A stretch of 64,000 bases of DNA from Bryobacterales bacterium (GCA_020847045.1 JADLCT010000097.1:48709-112708), one strand, 5' to 3'; positions 9,135-17,428 are shown, counted from the first letter of the stretch. Made by a program: numbers and translations. Notes: generated by a model not told the origin, from the letters alone.

Positions 9135-9240
9135 CCGGTGCTTCCGGGTTCAAGCGGGTTCCACGGGCTTCAACAAGCTGCCCGTATCTGCATGAAACGT
9201 AAGCGCCTGAAAATAGGACAGCTTATCGGCGCAACGCAAT

Positions 9241-9289
9241 CCGCCTTGGGCGCAGGGGGTCGGGCGTTCAAATCGCCCCGCCCCGACCA
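9241..9289 (+). repeat. tRNA-Pro 3' fragment (anticodon loop to CCA), att-like
   Basis: The 20-nt core GCCTTGGGCGCAGGGGGTCG and the 3' end CGCCCCGACCAAT are identical to the intact tRNA. The T-stem differs by compensatory changes (GGGCG/CGCCC versus GCCAG/CTGGC). There is no 5' acceptor or D-arm upstream. Confidence 0.8.
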
Positions 9290-9305
9290 ATCAACTCCAT
9301 TGCCG

Positions 9306-10244
9306 CTACGGCCGGCTTTCCTCACCGGGGTGGCGAATCAGCTTCACGTCCCAGCCATCCAGCCGGTTGACGCCGCCGGAGCCCGTCAGGCGGCGGCGCA
9401 CCACGATGTCGCTCATCAAACCATAGGCGCGGTTGTAGGTATATGCCGCCGAGTCGGCCATCTCGAGCGAAGGCGATGCGGCGGCGGCCGGGGCGCCGCC
9501 GGCAAGCTGGGCAAAAAACCGCGCGGCAAGCCGCGAGAGCTCCTGGCCATCATAGGCCGTCGTGCTGGACAGTCGCGCCGAATGCGCGTCCATGGAATCC
9601 AGAACCAGCGTATAGGTGGCCGCCAGCAAACCGGTTCCGAACGGAGCCGGCTGCTCCATGGATTGGACGGCGGGTTTCCCGGCCGTGGCCTCGACGCCGT
9701 TCAACGCGAAGTAGGTCCGCACGTCGCGCGTGGCCTGCCCGAGCAGCACCGGAGGGGACATCAGGCGGCGGACCAGCGCTCCGGCGCTCTGCCGCTGGGC
9801 GGGGTTGGCAAGCTGGCGGCCAAGCGACTCGATCATGGCGTCCATATCCGACTGGAGCTTGGCGCCCGTGGCGGCCTCATTGCGCAATCCAAGATACTGG
9901 CCATCGGGGCCGAGCTGCACCTCCAGCGTGTAATCCTTCAACGCATTGGCCGCGGCCGCGGCGACAGGGTTCTTCACGATCTCGGGATTGTCCACCGAAC
10001 TGGCTCCCGAGGTCCATGCAAGGAGAAATCCCTTGGGGTTGGCCTCGGCCACACGCACGGTGACGACGGCACGGATGCGGCCGTTGGCCTGGGGGCGGCG
10101 GGAATCCTCGACGATCCGCGTATATTCGAGCTGGAAAGAGTCGCCCGTCTGAAGCGTGGGCCGTATGGTGAGCTGCTGGGCCGGGCCCTGGCGGACGGCG
10201 AACAGACAGACGGCGAGCAGGCAGACGGAAAACCGGAGGGTCAC
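9306..10244 (-). CDS. Secreted hypothetical protein
   Basis: Signal peptide MTLRFSVCLLAVCLFAVRQGPAQQ and ordinary amino-acid composition. The overlapping plus-strand ORF is Arg/Gly-rich shadow. No family recognised. Confidence 0.6.
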   Translation of the reverse strand: MTLRFSVCLLAVCLFAVRQGPAQQLTIRPTLQTGDSFQLEYTRIVEDSRRPQANGRIRAVVTVRVAEANPKGFLLAWTSGASSVDNPEIVKNPVAAAAANALKDYTLEVQLGPDGQYLGLRNEAATGAKLQSDMDAMIESLGRQLANPAQRQSAGALVRRLMSPPVLLGQATRDVRTYFALNGVEATAGKPAVQSMEQPAPFGTGLLAATYTLVLDSMDAHSARLSSTTAYDGQELSRLAARFFAQLAGGAPAAAASPSLEMADSAAYTYNRAYGLMSDIVVRRRLTGSGGVNRLDGWDVKLIRHPGEESRP

Positions 10245-10288
10245 AGTTCATTTTACCAGCGGGAAGCGCCGCCGCCCGCGGCTGTCCG

Positions 10289-10543
10289 TCACGGCATGCC
10301 GCCCACAAAGCCGCTTGCCTTGCGCTTGCGGATGAGGCTGATCCGCACGCCCACATGACGGCATTTATAACGGGCGCAGGCCAGATGGCGGGCCACCTCG
10401 GACAGGCGTATATTGCGGTGGTCCACCTTGAGCAGCAGTTGCGCCGGCGATTGCAGCCAGGCATGGCCGCAGCACAGGCAGGTGGCCTCGATCACATCGG
10501 TATCGTCCAGATCGCGCAGCCGCGTGTCATCCAACCAGCTCAT
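10289..10543 (-). CDS. Cys-rich 84-aa protein, translationally coupled to the Y-family polymerase
   Basis: Its ATG overlaps the polymerase stop (4-nt overlap). Cys/His cluster CLCCGH ... C-x5-C-x-H suggests a zinc ribbon, followed by a basic tail. No family recognised. Confidence 0.5.
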   Translation of the reverse strand: MSWLDDTRLRDLDDTDVIEATCLCCGHAWLQSPAQLLLKVDHRNIRLSEVARHLACARYKCRHVGVRISLIRKRKASGFVGGMP

Positions 10544-11802
10544 AAAAAGTCCTCGGCGGAGGGAATCCGCGTATACGCAATCTTGCCGCCCGCATATCCG
10601 CCCGGCGGAGGCGTCCAGGCGCCCAGCGTCACCACGCGGCGGCCATGGGAAAGATTCAACTCATCCATGGTGGCCGTGAGACGCTCCCACTTCCGCCGCT
10701 GCGCGTCGTCCTGCTCGAACAGTCCCATCTGCCGCGCGTTGTCCGGCGTGAGATCGCACAGCGTAACCCCGCAACGGATGATCTTGTAGGACGGCGGCAG
10801 CGCGGCGCGCGCCTTCGCCCACAGGGTTTCCAGACCGGCCAGGCAGGCATGGTCGTCGTGGACGCTGGCCAAAGCACAGTCGCCTCCCCAGCCGTCGTCA
10901 TACCCGTTGATCCATAGAAACAAGCGGCGGGCATAAAACCCATCGCGGCGCATGCGCCGGGCGGCCTTCACCAGCAGCAGGCGGCAGCAGTCGCGCGCCT
11001 TGCCCACGTCGCGCCACTCCGGCGGCAGCACGCGGCCATGGCCGTACATGGAGCGCCGCACCGGCTCGGCCTGCAGCGTGTAACCGTGCAAGGCGTACCA
11101 TAAACGCTCGCCATGCACATTCCCCCAGATGGCGCGCAACTGCCCGGGCTGCGTGTTCCACAAACCGGCCATGGTGACAATGCCGCGCCGCGCCAGACGC
11201 TTCTCCATGCGCGGCCCCACGCCCGGAATGGCCGACAACGGCTGATCGAACAACGGGCCGGGCATGGCTCCGGGCGGCCACACCGTGACGCCGTCCGGTT
11301 TGTTCACCTTGCAGGCGATCTTGGCCAGCAGACGGTTCGCCGCAAAGCCGATGCTGCACGTGATGTATTGCCCCAGATTCTGCCGCAACCGCCGCTTGAT
11401 CCGCCGCGCCAACCCATGCGGCCCGGCGCTGGCGGCCGTGTCCAGCGTACAGGTGAGTTCGTCAATCGACATCACGGCGTCAATGGGGATCTCACACTCG
11501 ATTTCATTCAACAACGTCATGTGCGCCCGCCGGAACAGATCGGGCCGCTGCGGAACCAGAACCAGATCCGGGCAGAGCTGGCGCGCCTCCGGCACGCGCA
11601 TGACATTCTTCACACCGTGGCGCTTGGCCTCCCGCGAGCAGGCGATCACCGTCATGCTGGTCACCGCCTCGGTATCGAACGGGATCACCCCGACCGGCCG
11701 GCCGCGCAAGCCGGGAATGGCCTGCTGCATCACAGACGCAAAGAAGCCGTCAAAATCCAGGTACAGGGTTTCCAAACGCTCCGCAGCTCGCACGGCGACC
11801 AT
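10540..11802 (-). CDS. Y-family DNA polymerase (DinB/ImpB-type)
   Basis: N-terminal LYLDFDGFFASV (the catalytic DxD-FFASVE block), the SIDE motif (AVMSIDELTC), and an HhH/little-finger-like region IPGVGPRMEKRLARRGI. Confidence 0.85.
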   Translation of the reverse strand: MVAVRAAERLETLYLDFDGFFASVMQQAIPGLRGRPVGVIPFDTEAVTSMTVIACSREAKRHGVKNVMRVPEARQLCPDLVLVPQRPDLFRRAHMTLLNEIECEIPIDAVMSIDELTCTLDTAASAGPHGLARRIKRRLRQNLGQYITCSIGFAANRLLAKIACKVNKPDGVTVWPPGAMPGPLFDQPLSAIPGVGPRMEKRLARRGIVTMAGLWNTQPGQLRAIWGNVHGERLWYALHGYTLQAEPVRRSMYGHGRVLPPEWRDVGKARDCCRLLLVKAARRMRRDGFYARRLFLWINGYDDGWGGDCALASVHDDHACLAGLETLWAKARAALPPSYKIIRCGVTLCDLTPDNARQMGLFEQDDAQRRKWERLTATMDELNLSHGRRVVTLGAWTPPPGGYAGGKIAYTRIPSAEDFL

Positions 11803-11828
11803 CCATCAACAGAACACAGACACAGGGA

Positions 11829-11847
11829 GAATATAAGGCGAATATAA
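11829..11847 (-). promoter_or_regulatory. AT-rich tandem direct repeat (TTATATTC x2, period 11) upstream of the polymerase operon
   Basis: The plus strand reads GAATATAA at 11829-11836 and at 11840-11847, 27-45 nt upstream of the ATG at 11802. It contains -10-like TATATT. Confidence 0.3.
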
Positions 11848-11882
11848 CATACAAAGTCAGCCCCTGCCAGAGGGTGGCGCAC

Positions 11883-11910
11883 AAAAAAACGGGTTCTCCG
11901 AAGATGCCCG
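11883..11910 (-). terminator. Weak hairpin plus T7 run downstream of the repaired monooxygenase stop
   Basis: The minus strand reads CGGGCATCTTCGGAGAACCCG followed by TTTTTTT, about 30 nt after the stop at 11942. The stem is short and interrupted. Confidence 0.35.
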
Positions 11911-11941
11911 GCCATCGAGGGCGGAACGGGCGGAAGAAGCG

Positions 11942-13275
11942 CTACCGGCCGCCGTTGGACCGTGCGGCTGGCCGGGCGGCGGAGCCTTCCGGCTCCCGGA
12001 GGAGACTGGCCGGGTCCATGCCGGCGTCGATGGCGGCGTCGAAGAAGCCGAACATCATCTCTTCCCAGCTCTGGTCGCCATAGCGCACGGCGGCGGTGGG
12101 GTCGGGTTGGACTTATTGTTGGGCGAATTGTCGAAATAGCCGGAGGCCTCGATGCGCGTGCCGGCCGGAAGCAGTTTGCCCGGCGGAAGCTGGTACCAGA
12201 GCTGCCAATTAAAGTCGTAGCGCGGCACACGAAGCAGCACTTCCCGCTCGCCCGTTGGATAGACGGCGCTGATCTCCATGGCCTTGCCGCGAAGATGCAT
12301 GTGCGGCATCAGGCTGACCAGTTCGGTGGGCCTGTGGAGCGTGATGGCGCCATCGACACGGTGGTTGGGCGCGCCGGGCGGGATGACAAACCTGTCGTTG
12401 GAGGCGGCCAGCGTCAGCACCCGCTGGCGGACGGGCGCAGTGGCAAAAACGATGCCCACGCGGCTGCGGTCGGAAACCGCTTTGCCATTGGCCGTATAGT
12501 GCATCTGGAAGACGATGTCGCTGCCCGCCTTCAGCAGTTTGGCCTGGCCTGGGCGGAGAATCTCGGGAGGCGAGCCCGGGGCATAACCGGTGAGAAACTC
12601 ACCGCGGCCGCGGTCCTCGCCGCCCGCGGCGGGAATGAAAGGTTTCCCCGTGGGGTACTGGCGGAACCACTTGCTGCCGGGCTGGCGGACAAACGCGATG
12701 ATGTGGTGGACCTGGGCGCGCTGATCCGGACGCGCCTCGGCCATCTGCACCCACCTGTCCCCGGTGAGACCTGTGGGGACGATGACGTAGGTGTACTCGA
12801 CGGTCCCTTTGGCAGGAACGGCGATGGCCTCGGGAATCTCGACAATCAGATCGGGCTTGCCGATGGTCCAGCCGTCCGTGAAGGCGAGCGGCGGAGGGGC
12901 CTTTTGGGCGTCGCCGGCCGGCGAGCCAGTGTCAATCCAGGAGACCAGCGTGCCTATCTCGGACTGTGGCAGGGAGCGGTCGTTTGTGAACCGTCCCACA
13001 TGCGGATCGGCAAACCAGGGCGGCATGGTCCCGCGCAGGACAGCCTGCCGGATGGCCTTGCCCCAGGGCCGGACCATTTCGTAGGTGAGCAGAGCCATGG
13101 GCGCCGGTTCGCCGGGACGGTGGCAACCCTGGCAGCGCTTTTGGAGGATGGGGAGAACGTCTTGGTAAAAGGTGACTGGCGTGGTGGTGGCAGGGGTGGA
13201 GGACGCGGCCATACTCGTGCATGGGACCATGACTGCGAGACACACGGCTGTCGCCGCGCCCAGAAAACGAAGCAT
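11942..13275 (-). pseudogene. Cytochrome c (CxxCH) / copper type II ascorbate-dependent monooxygenase-like protein with an apparent -1 nt frameshift near 12098-12106
   Basis: AGGAGGAG Shine-Dalgarno before the ATG at 13275, then a signal peptide. Motifs CQGCH, HH (VHHIIAF), QMHY and HMH. After NNKSNP the conserved tail [21 protein letters not shown] continues in another frame and stops at 11942-11944. Confidence 0.7.
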
Positions 13276-13620
13276 GCGGACTCCTCCTGTCACCATACGC
13301 GGGAAAATCGGCGGCGCGGGAGCCGAAATGGGAAATCGGGGAGAAGACGGCGCGGGCGCGGGCACCAAGAGAGGAGAGGGGTGGCAGGCCGTGTGTGACA
13401 AAAGGTTGGCGCGAAGCGGCGGAAACCGGTCATATTCCGGTTCCACCGGCCGATGAGAACGGCACAGGAACAGAAAACGGGCAGGAAACAATGGCCTTTG
13501 ACGTGCTAAAGCACGGCCAGGGCCGAGAGTGGCAGCCCGAACGCGGAGAATCGCGGCCGGCGTGGGAGCCGGTTGTTGCGAACCAGCGTAGGATGAGAGC
13601 TGCCATCGGAAAGGACTGCA

Positions 13621-13959
13621 ATGAAGATTGACTCACCGAACCCGAACTTGGGGCAGATGGGCGGCGTTCCGGCGCCACAGGACCGCGTGGAGTTAAGCAG
13701 GACGGGACAGGCGCAGGAGACGGAAAAAACCGGTGCGGCCAGCGGGGACGGGGCGCGGAGCCGCGCTGCGGCAGCCGGAGCGGGAACCGATTCGGCACAG
13801 ATTTCCAATTTGGGACAGGTCCTGCGGATGCAAACCGAGGATACGCCGGAGCGGACCGCGCATCTGGCCCGTCTGGAGGCGCAGGTGAACGCGGGCGAGT
13901 ACAACCCGGCGCCCGCCGATCTTGCGCGGTCGATCGTGGACGACCTGCTGAAACCGTAA
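13621..13959 (+). CDS. flgM: Anti-sigma-28 factor FlgM
   Basis: 112 aa with a disordered N-terminal part. The C-terminal block RLEAQVNAGEYNPAPADLARSIVDDLL matches the FlgM pattern. It sits directly upstream of flgK and flgL. Confidence 0.75.
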   Translation: MKIDSPNPNLGQMGGVPAPQDRVELSRTGQAQETEKTGAASGDGARSRAAAAGAGTDSAQISNLGQVLRMQTEDTPERTAHLARLEAQVNAGEYNPAPADLARSIVDDLLKP

Positions 13960-14306
13960 TGCCTGGCGGAGAGGTGGGCCGGAGCTTCCAGGCGATTCTC
14001 GCCGAGGCGGGCGAGCAGGCGGTTTCGGGCTCGGCGCGGGCCATGGATGAGGTGGCGGGGCGCCTGGAGGAGGTGCGGGCGCGCCTGGAGGAGGCGCAAG
14101 CGCGATGGCCTGGCGAGGCGGCTGGCCTGAGCCTGGAGGAACTGCTTGCCCTGCGCGGCGCACTGAGCCGTGTGGAGGCGCTTGTGGAGCACGCGGCGCG
14201 GCGGAGAATGGGGCTGGCGCGGCATCTGCTGGCCGTGGAATGCGGGTATACGGTGACAGGCCGGCCGGCCGGGCAGACGGGGCCCTCGTGGGAGTGCAGG
14301 GGCTGA
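13959..14306 (+). CDS. Possible FlgN-like flagellar chaperone
   Basis: Called by position between flgM and flgK, a TAATG overlap with flgM, and a helical Ala/Glu/Leu/Arg-rich sequence. No diagnostic motif. Confidence 0.4.
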   Translation: MPGGEVGRSFQAILAEAGEQAVSGSARAMDEVAGRLEEVRARLEEAQARWPGEAAGLSLEELLALRGALSRVEALVEHAARRRMGLARHLLAVECGYTVTGRPAGQTGPSWECRG

Positions 14307-14361
14307 GCGCGCGCGTACGCGCAGACCGGGTGAGCGAACCGGAAGGGAAGCAAACGACAGC

Positions 14362-15723
14362 ATGGGGAACCTATTTGCCACGATCAACACGGCGGCCGGA
14401 TCGCTGAAGGCGTTTGAATCGGCCCTGGGCGTGGCCAGCAATAACATTACGAACGCGCAAACTCCTGGTTTTGCGCGGCAGAGCCTCGATCTGGTGGCGC
14501 AGCGCATGGTGCCGGAGCTGGGTCTGCCCGGCGGCGTGGCGGCAGGCGAGGTGTTGAGCAGCCGGAAGGCCTATCTGGAGCAGGGCGTGCGGGCGCAGTT
14601 GCAGCGCGAGGGCTATTTCCGGCAGCAGGCCACCAATCTGGAGCAGGTGGAGCCGGTCTTTGACATTGGCGCCGCGTCCGGCGTCGCCGGGGCGGTGGAT
14701 GCGTTGCAGCAGTCATTTTCCCAGCTTTCGGTGACGCCCAACGACATTCCGGCCCGGCAGAACGTGCTGCGGCGGGCGCAGGATCTGGCTCATGCCTTCA
14801 ACTCGACGGGCCAGGCGCTGGCCACGGCGGCCACGAACACGAATTCGGAGCTGACGCAATCGGTCCACACGGTGAACCGGATCGGCAAGCTGCTGCGGAA
14901 CCTGAATGTGGAGTTCCGGTCGGATGCGCGCAAGCTGAGCGACCCGGGCCTGGACGCGCAGGTGCACGCGGCGATGGACGAGTTGGCCTCGATCGTGGAT
15001 TTCAACGTGATTCGCGGCGGCGACGGGACGTTCACGGTGTTGCTGGGGGGGCAGACGCCGCTGGTGATGGGCGAAAACCTGTACGAGATCTCATCCGATT
15101 TGTCGACGGGGTCGCCAGTGCTGTTAAACGGACAGGGCGAGGACGTCACCGGCCAGATCGGCGGAGGAAAACTAAAGGCCCTGATCGATTTTCACGCGGG
15201 CGTGCTGACCGGGCTGCAGCAGGACCTGGACGTACTGGCGGTGGCCATCACGGACGCGGTGAACGGCCAGTTGCAGGCCGGCGTGGATCTGAATGGACAG
15301 CCTCCGGTCCGCGACCTGTTCACCTACGACCCGTCGCGCGGAGCGGCGGTGACGCTGAGCGTCACCGATATCGGCGCCGGGGAGCTGGCCGCTGCGCCGC
15401 CCGAGGCCCCCGGCGGCAACGGAAACGCTCTGCAACTGGCCGGATTATTCCAATCCCGCAGCGTGAACAACTTCACCTTCACGCAGTACTTTGGCGAGAT
15501 CTCGGGGCGCGTGGGCAAGCTGCTGGACGTGGCGCGGCAGGATGCGCGGGCGCAGACGCAAATGGTGGCGCAGTCCAAGGCGCTGCGGGCCGATCAGAGC
15601 GGCGTGTCGCTGGATGAGGAGGCGGCCAACCTGATCGTGTTTCAGCGGGCCTATCAGGCGGCCTCGCAGTTGATCCGGACGCTGGACGAGATGACCGAGA
15701 CGCTAATCAATATGAAGCGGTAG
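14362..15723 (+). CDS. flgK: Flagellar hook-associated protein 1 FlgK
   Basis: N-terminus LFATINTAAGSLKAFESALGVASNNITNAQTPGFARQ. C-terminus VSLDEEAANLIVFQRAYQAASQLIRTLDEM. Confidence 0.9.
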   Translation: MGNLFATINTAAGSLKAFESALGVASNNITNAQTPGFARQSLDLVAQRMVPELGLPGGVAAGEVLSSRKAYLEQGVRAQLQREGYFRQQATNLEQVEPVFDIGAASGVAGAVDALQQSFSQLSVTPNDIPARQNVLRRAQDLAHAFNSTGQALATAATNTNSELTQSVHTVNRIGKLLRNLNVEFRSDARKLSDPGLDAQVHAAMDELASIVDFNVIRGGDGTFTVLLGGQTPLVMGENLYEISSDLSTGSPVLLNGQGEDVTGQIGGGKLKALIDFHAGVLTGLQQDLDVLAVAITDAVNGQLQAGVDLNGQPPVRDLFTYDPSRGAAVTLSVTDIGAGELAAAPPEAPGGNGNALQLAGLFQSRSVNNFTFTQYFGEISGRVGKLLDVARQDARAQTQMVAQSKALRADQSGVSLDEEAANLIVFQRAYQAASQLIRTLDEMTETLINMKR

Positions 15724-15758
15724 CGCGGCGGGCGCGGCCGGGAACGAGGAGGGACCGG

Positions 15759-16670
15759 ATGGCCATCGGAGTGTTCGACGCCAGGACGACGCAGTTTTTG
15801 AACGACATGGACCGGATTGCGTCGCGGTTGGAAAAGGCGCAGCAGCAATTGACCTCGGGACGGCGGATCAATGCCGTCTCCGATGCGCCGGATCAGATTT
15901 CGCATCTGCTGGCTACGCGCAGCGAACTGGCGGCCACCACGCAGATCCACACGAACCTGAACCGGGTGAAGGGCGAGGTGGACGCGGCCGAAAGTGCGCT
16001 GTCGCAGGGTGTGAAGGTGATGGACCGCATCCTGAGCCTGGGCGCGCAGGGCGCCACCACAACTGCCACCGCTGATAGCCGGATGAGCCTGGCGGACGAG
16101 GCCGGTTCGCTGCTGGAACAGCTGGTGAATATCGCCGGAACGCGCGTCGATGGGCGCTATCTGTTTTCCGGGGATGCGGATACGACGCCGCCGTATACAA
16201 GCGACCCGAACACCGATCCACCCTTCAGCACCTACCAGGGGACGGCCTCGACGCGGCGCATTGAGCACCCGAGCGGTTCGCGGATCGGCGTCGCGCTGAC
16301 GGCGGCGGAGATCTTCGAGGACGCCTCGCCGGAGCAGAACGTGTTCGCCTCGGTGAACGACCTTCGCAACGCGCTGCGCGGCGGCAGCCTCGATCAGATC
16401 AAGGATGCGCTCGGGCGCGTGCGGCAATCCTCCACGCACTTGAACAACCAACTGGCGTTCTATGGGTCGGCGCAAAATCAGGTGGCCGATGCGTTGGATC
16501 TGTCGTCCAAGCAGGAACTCCGGCTGCAGGCACAGATCTCCTCGATTGAGGACGCCGACTTGACGGCGGCGATTCTCGAGTTGAACCAGGCGCAGTTGCA
16601 GCAGTCGGCGGCGCTGGGCGCGCAGGGACAGTTGCAGAACCGGAAGACGCTGCTCGACTATCTGGGGTAG
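15759..16670 (+). CDS. flgL: Flagellar hook-associated protein 3 FlgL
   Basis: Flagellin-family N- and C-terminal helices (LTSGRRINAVSDAPDQ; EDADLTAAILELNQAQLQQSAAL). It follows flgK. Confidence 0.85.
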   Translation: MAIGVFDARTTQFLNDMDRIASRLEKAQQQLTSGRRINAVSDAPDQISHLLATRSELAATTQIHTNLNRVKGEVDAAESALSQGVKVMDRILSLGAQGATTTATADSRMSLADEAGSLLEQLVNIAGTRVDGRYLFSGDADTTPPYTSDPNTDPPFSTYQGTASTRRIEHPSGSRIGVALTAAEIFEDASPEQNVFASVNDLRNALRGGSLDQIKDALGRVRQSSTHLNNQLAFYGSAQNQVADALDLSSKQELRLQAQISSIEDADLTAAILELNQAQLQQSAALGAQGQLQNRKTLLDYLG

Positions 16671-16708
16671 CACGGCGCGGGGCCATCTGGTGGGCTACGC
16701 TGCTAGAG

Positions 16709-17428
16709 ATGAAGCTAAGCGGAAAATCGGCGCTGGTGACCGGCGCGGCATCAGGCATAGGGGCGGCGATTGCCGCCGCGCTGGCTCGCGAAGGTGCGCG
16801 CGTGGCCGGCCTGGACGTGAACCCCTCGGCCTGCGAGGTTAGCCTGCAAGCCGACGTCACCGGGGATAGCGCGGTGGCCGCCGCCGTCGAGGAAGCCGTG
16901 CGAAGGCTGGGCCGGATCGACATCCTGTCGGCCAACGCCGGCATCGCCATCCGCAAACCGCTGGACGAGTTAACGGCCGGCGAGTGGGACCGCGTCATGG
17001 CGGTGAACCTGCGCGGCGTCTTTTTGGTTTCGAAGTATTCCCTGCCCCACATGCCGCGCGGCGGCGCCATCGTGCACATGGCCAGTTGCGTCGCCCTGAT
17101 GGGCACGCGGAACCGGGCCGTCTATGCCGCCACCAAGGGCGCCCTGGTGTCGCTGACCCGGAACATGGCGCTGGACTATGCCCAGCGCGGCATCCGCGTG
17201 AATTGCATCTGCCCGGGCTTCACGCGCACGCCGCTCACCGTAAACCTGTTCTCCGACCCCGAGCGCGAGGCGGCATTCACGGCGCTGCACCCGCTGGGGC
17301 GGTTGGGAGAGTCCGAGGATGTGGCGCGGGCGGCCGTCTTCCTGGCCTCGGACGACGCGGCCTGGATTACCGGCGTGGCGCTGCCTGTGGACGGTGGCTA
17401 CTCGGCCGGTCATGCGGCCGATATCTAA
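16709..17428 (+). CDS. SDR-family oxidoreductase
   Basis: TGAASGIGAAIA Rossmann motif, NAGI, the YAATKGA catalytic Y-x3-K, and PGFTRTP. Confidence 0.9.
   Translation: MKLSGKSALVTGAASGIGAAIAAALAREGARVAGLDVNPSACEVSLQADVTGDSAVAAAVEEAVRRLGRIDILSANAGIAIRKPLDELTAGEWDRVMAVNLRGVFLVSKYSLPHMPRGGAIVHMASCVALMGTRNRAVYAATKGALVSLTRNMALDYAQRGIRVNCICPGFTRTPLTVNLFSDPEREAAFTALHPLGRLGESEDVARAAVFLASDDAAWITGVALPVDGGYSAGHAADI

Larger units (their letters stand above)
7751..9289. mobile_element. Decayed tRNA-Pro-associated genomic islet (no integrase), bounded by the tRNA 3' end and a tRNA 3' fragment
   Basis: Direct repeat of the tRNA-Pro 3' portion at 7704-7752 and 9243-9291. The cargo is hicB-hicA plus a frameshifted HNH endonuclease. 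Confidence 0.5.

Noticed and set aside
9225-9291. Possible second complete tRNA-Pro gene.
   Set aside because: No 5' acceptor strand (CGGGGCG) or D-arm precedes the fragment, and the anticodon stem 5' strand has a mismatch. I scored it as a 3' fragment (att-like repeat) only.
11803-11941. LexA/SOS box upstream of the Y-family polymerase.
   Set aside because: I searched by eye for GTTC-N7-GTTC and for CTGT-N8-ACAG-type palindromes and found none. I report this only as an absence, and it needs a matrix scan.
13395-13631. 78-codon ORF in the flgM upstream region.
   Set aside because: It has no Shine-Dalgarno and odd composition, and it overlaps the flgM start. It is more likely non-coding leader or promoter DNA.
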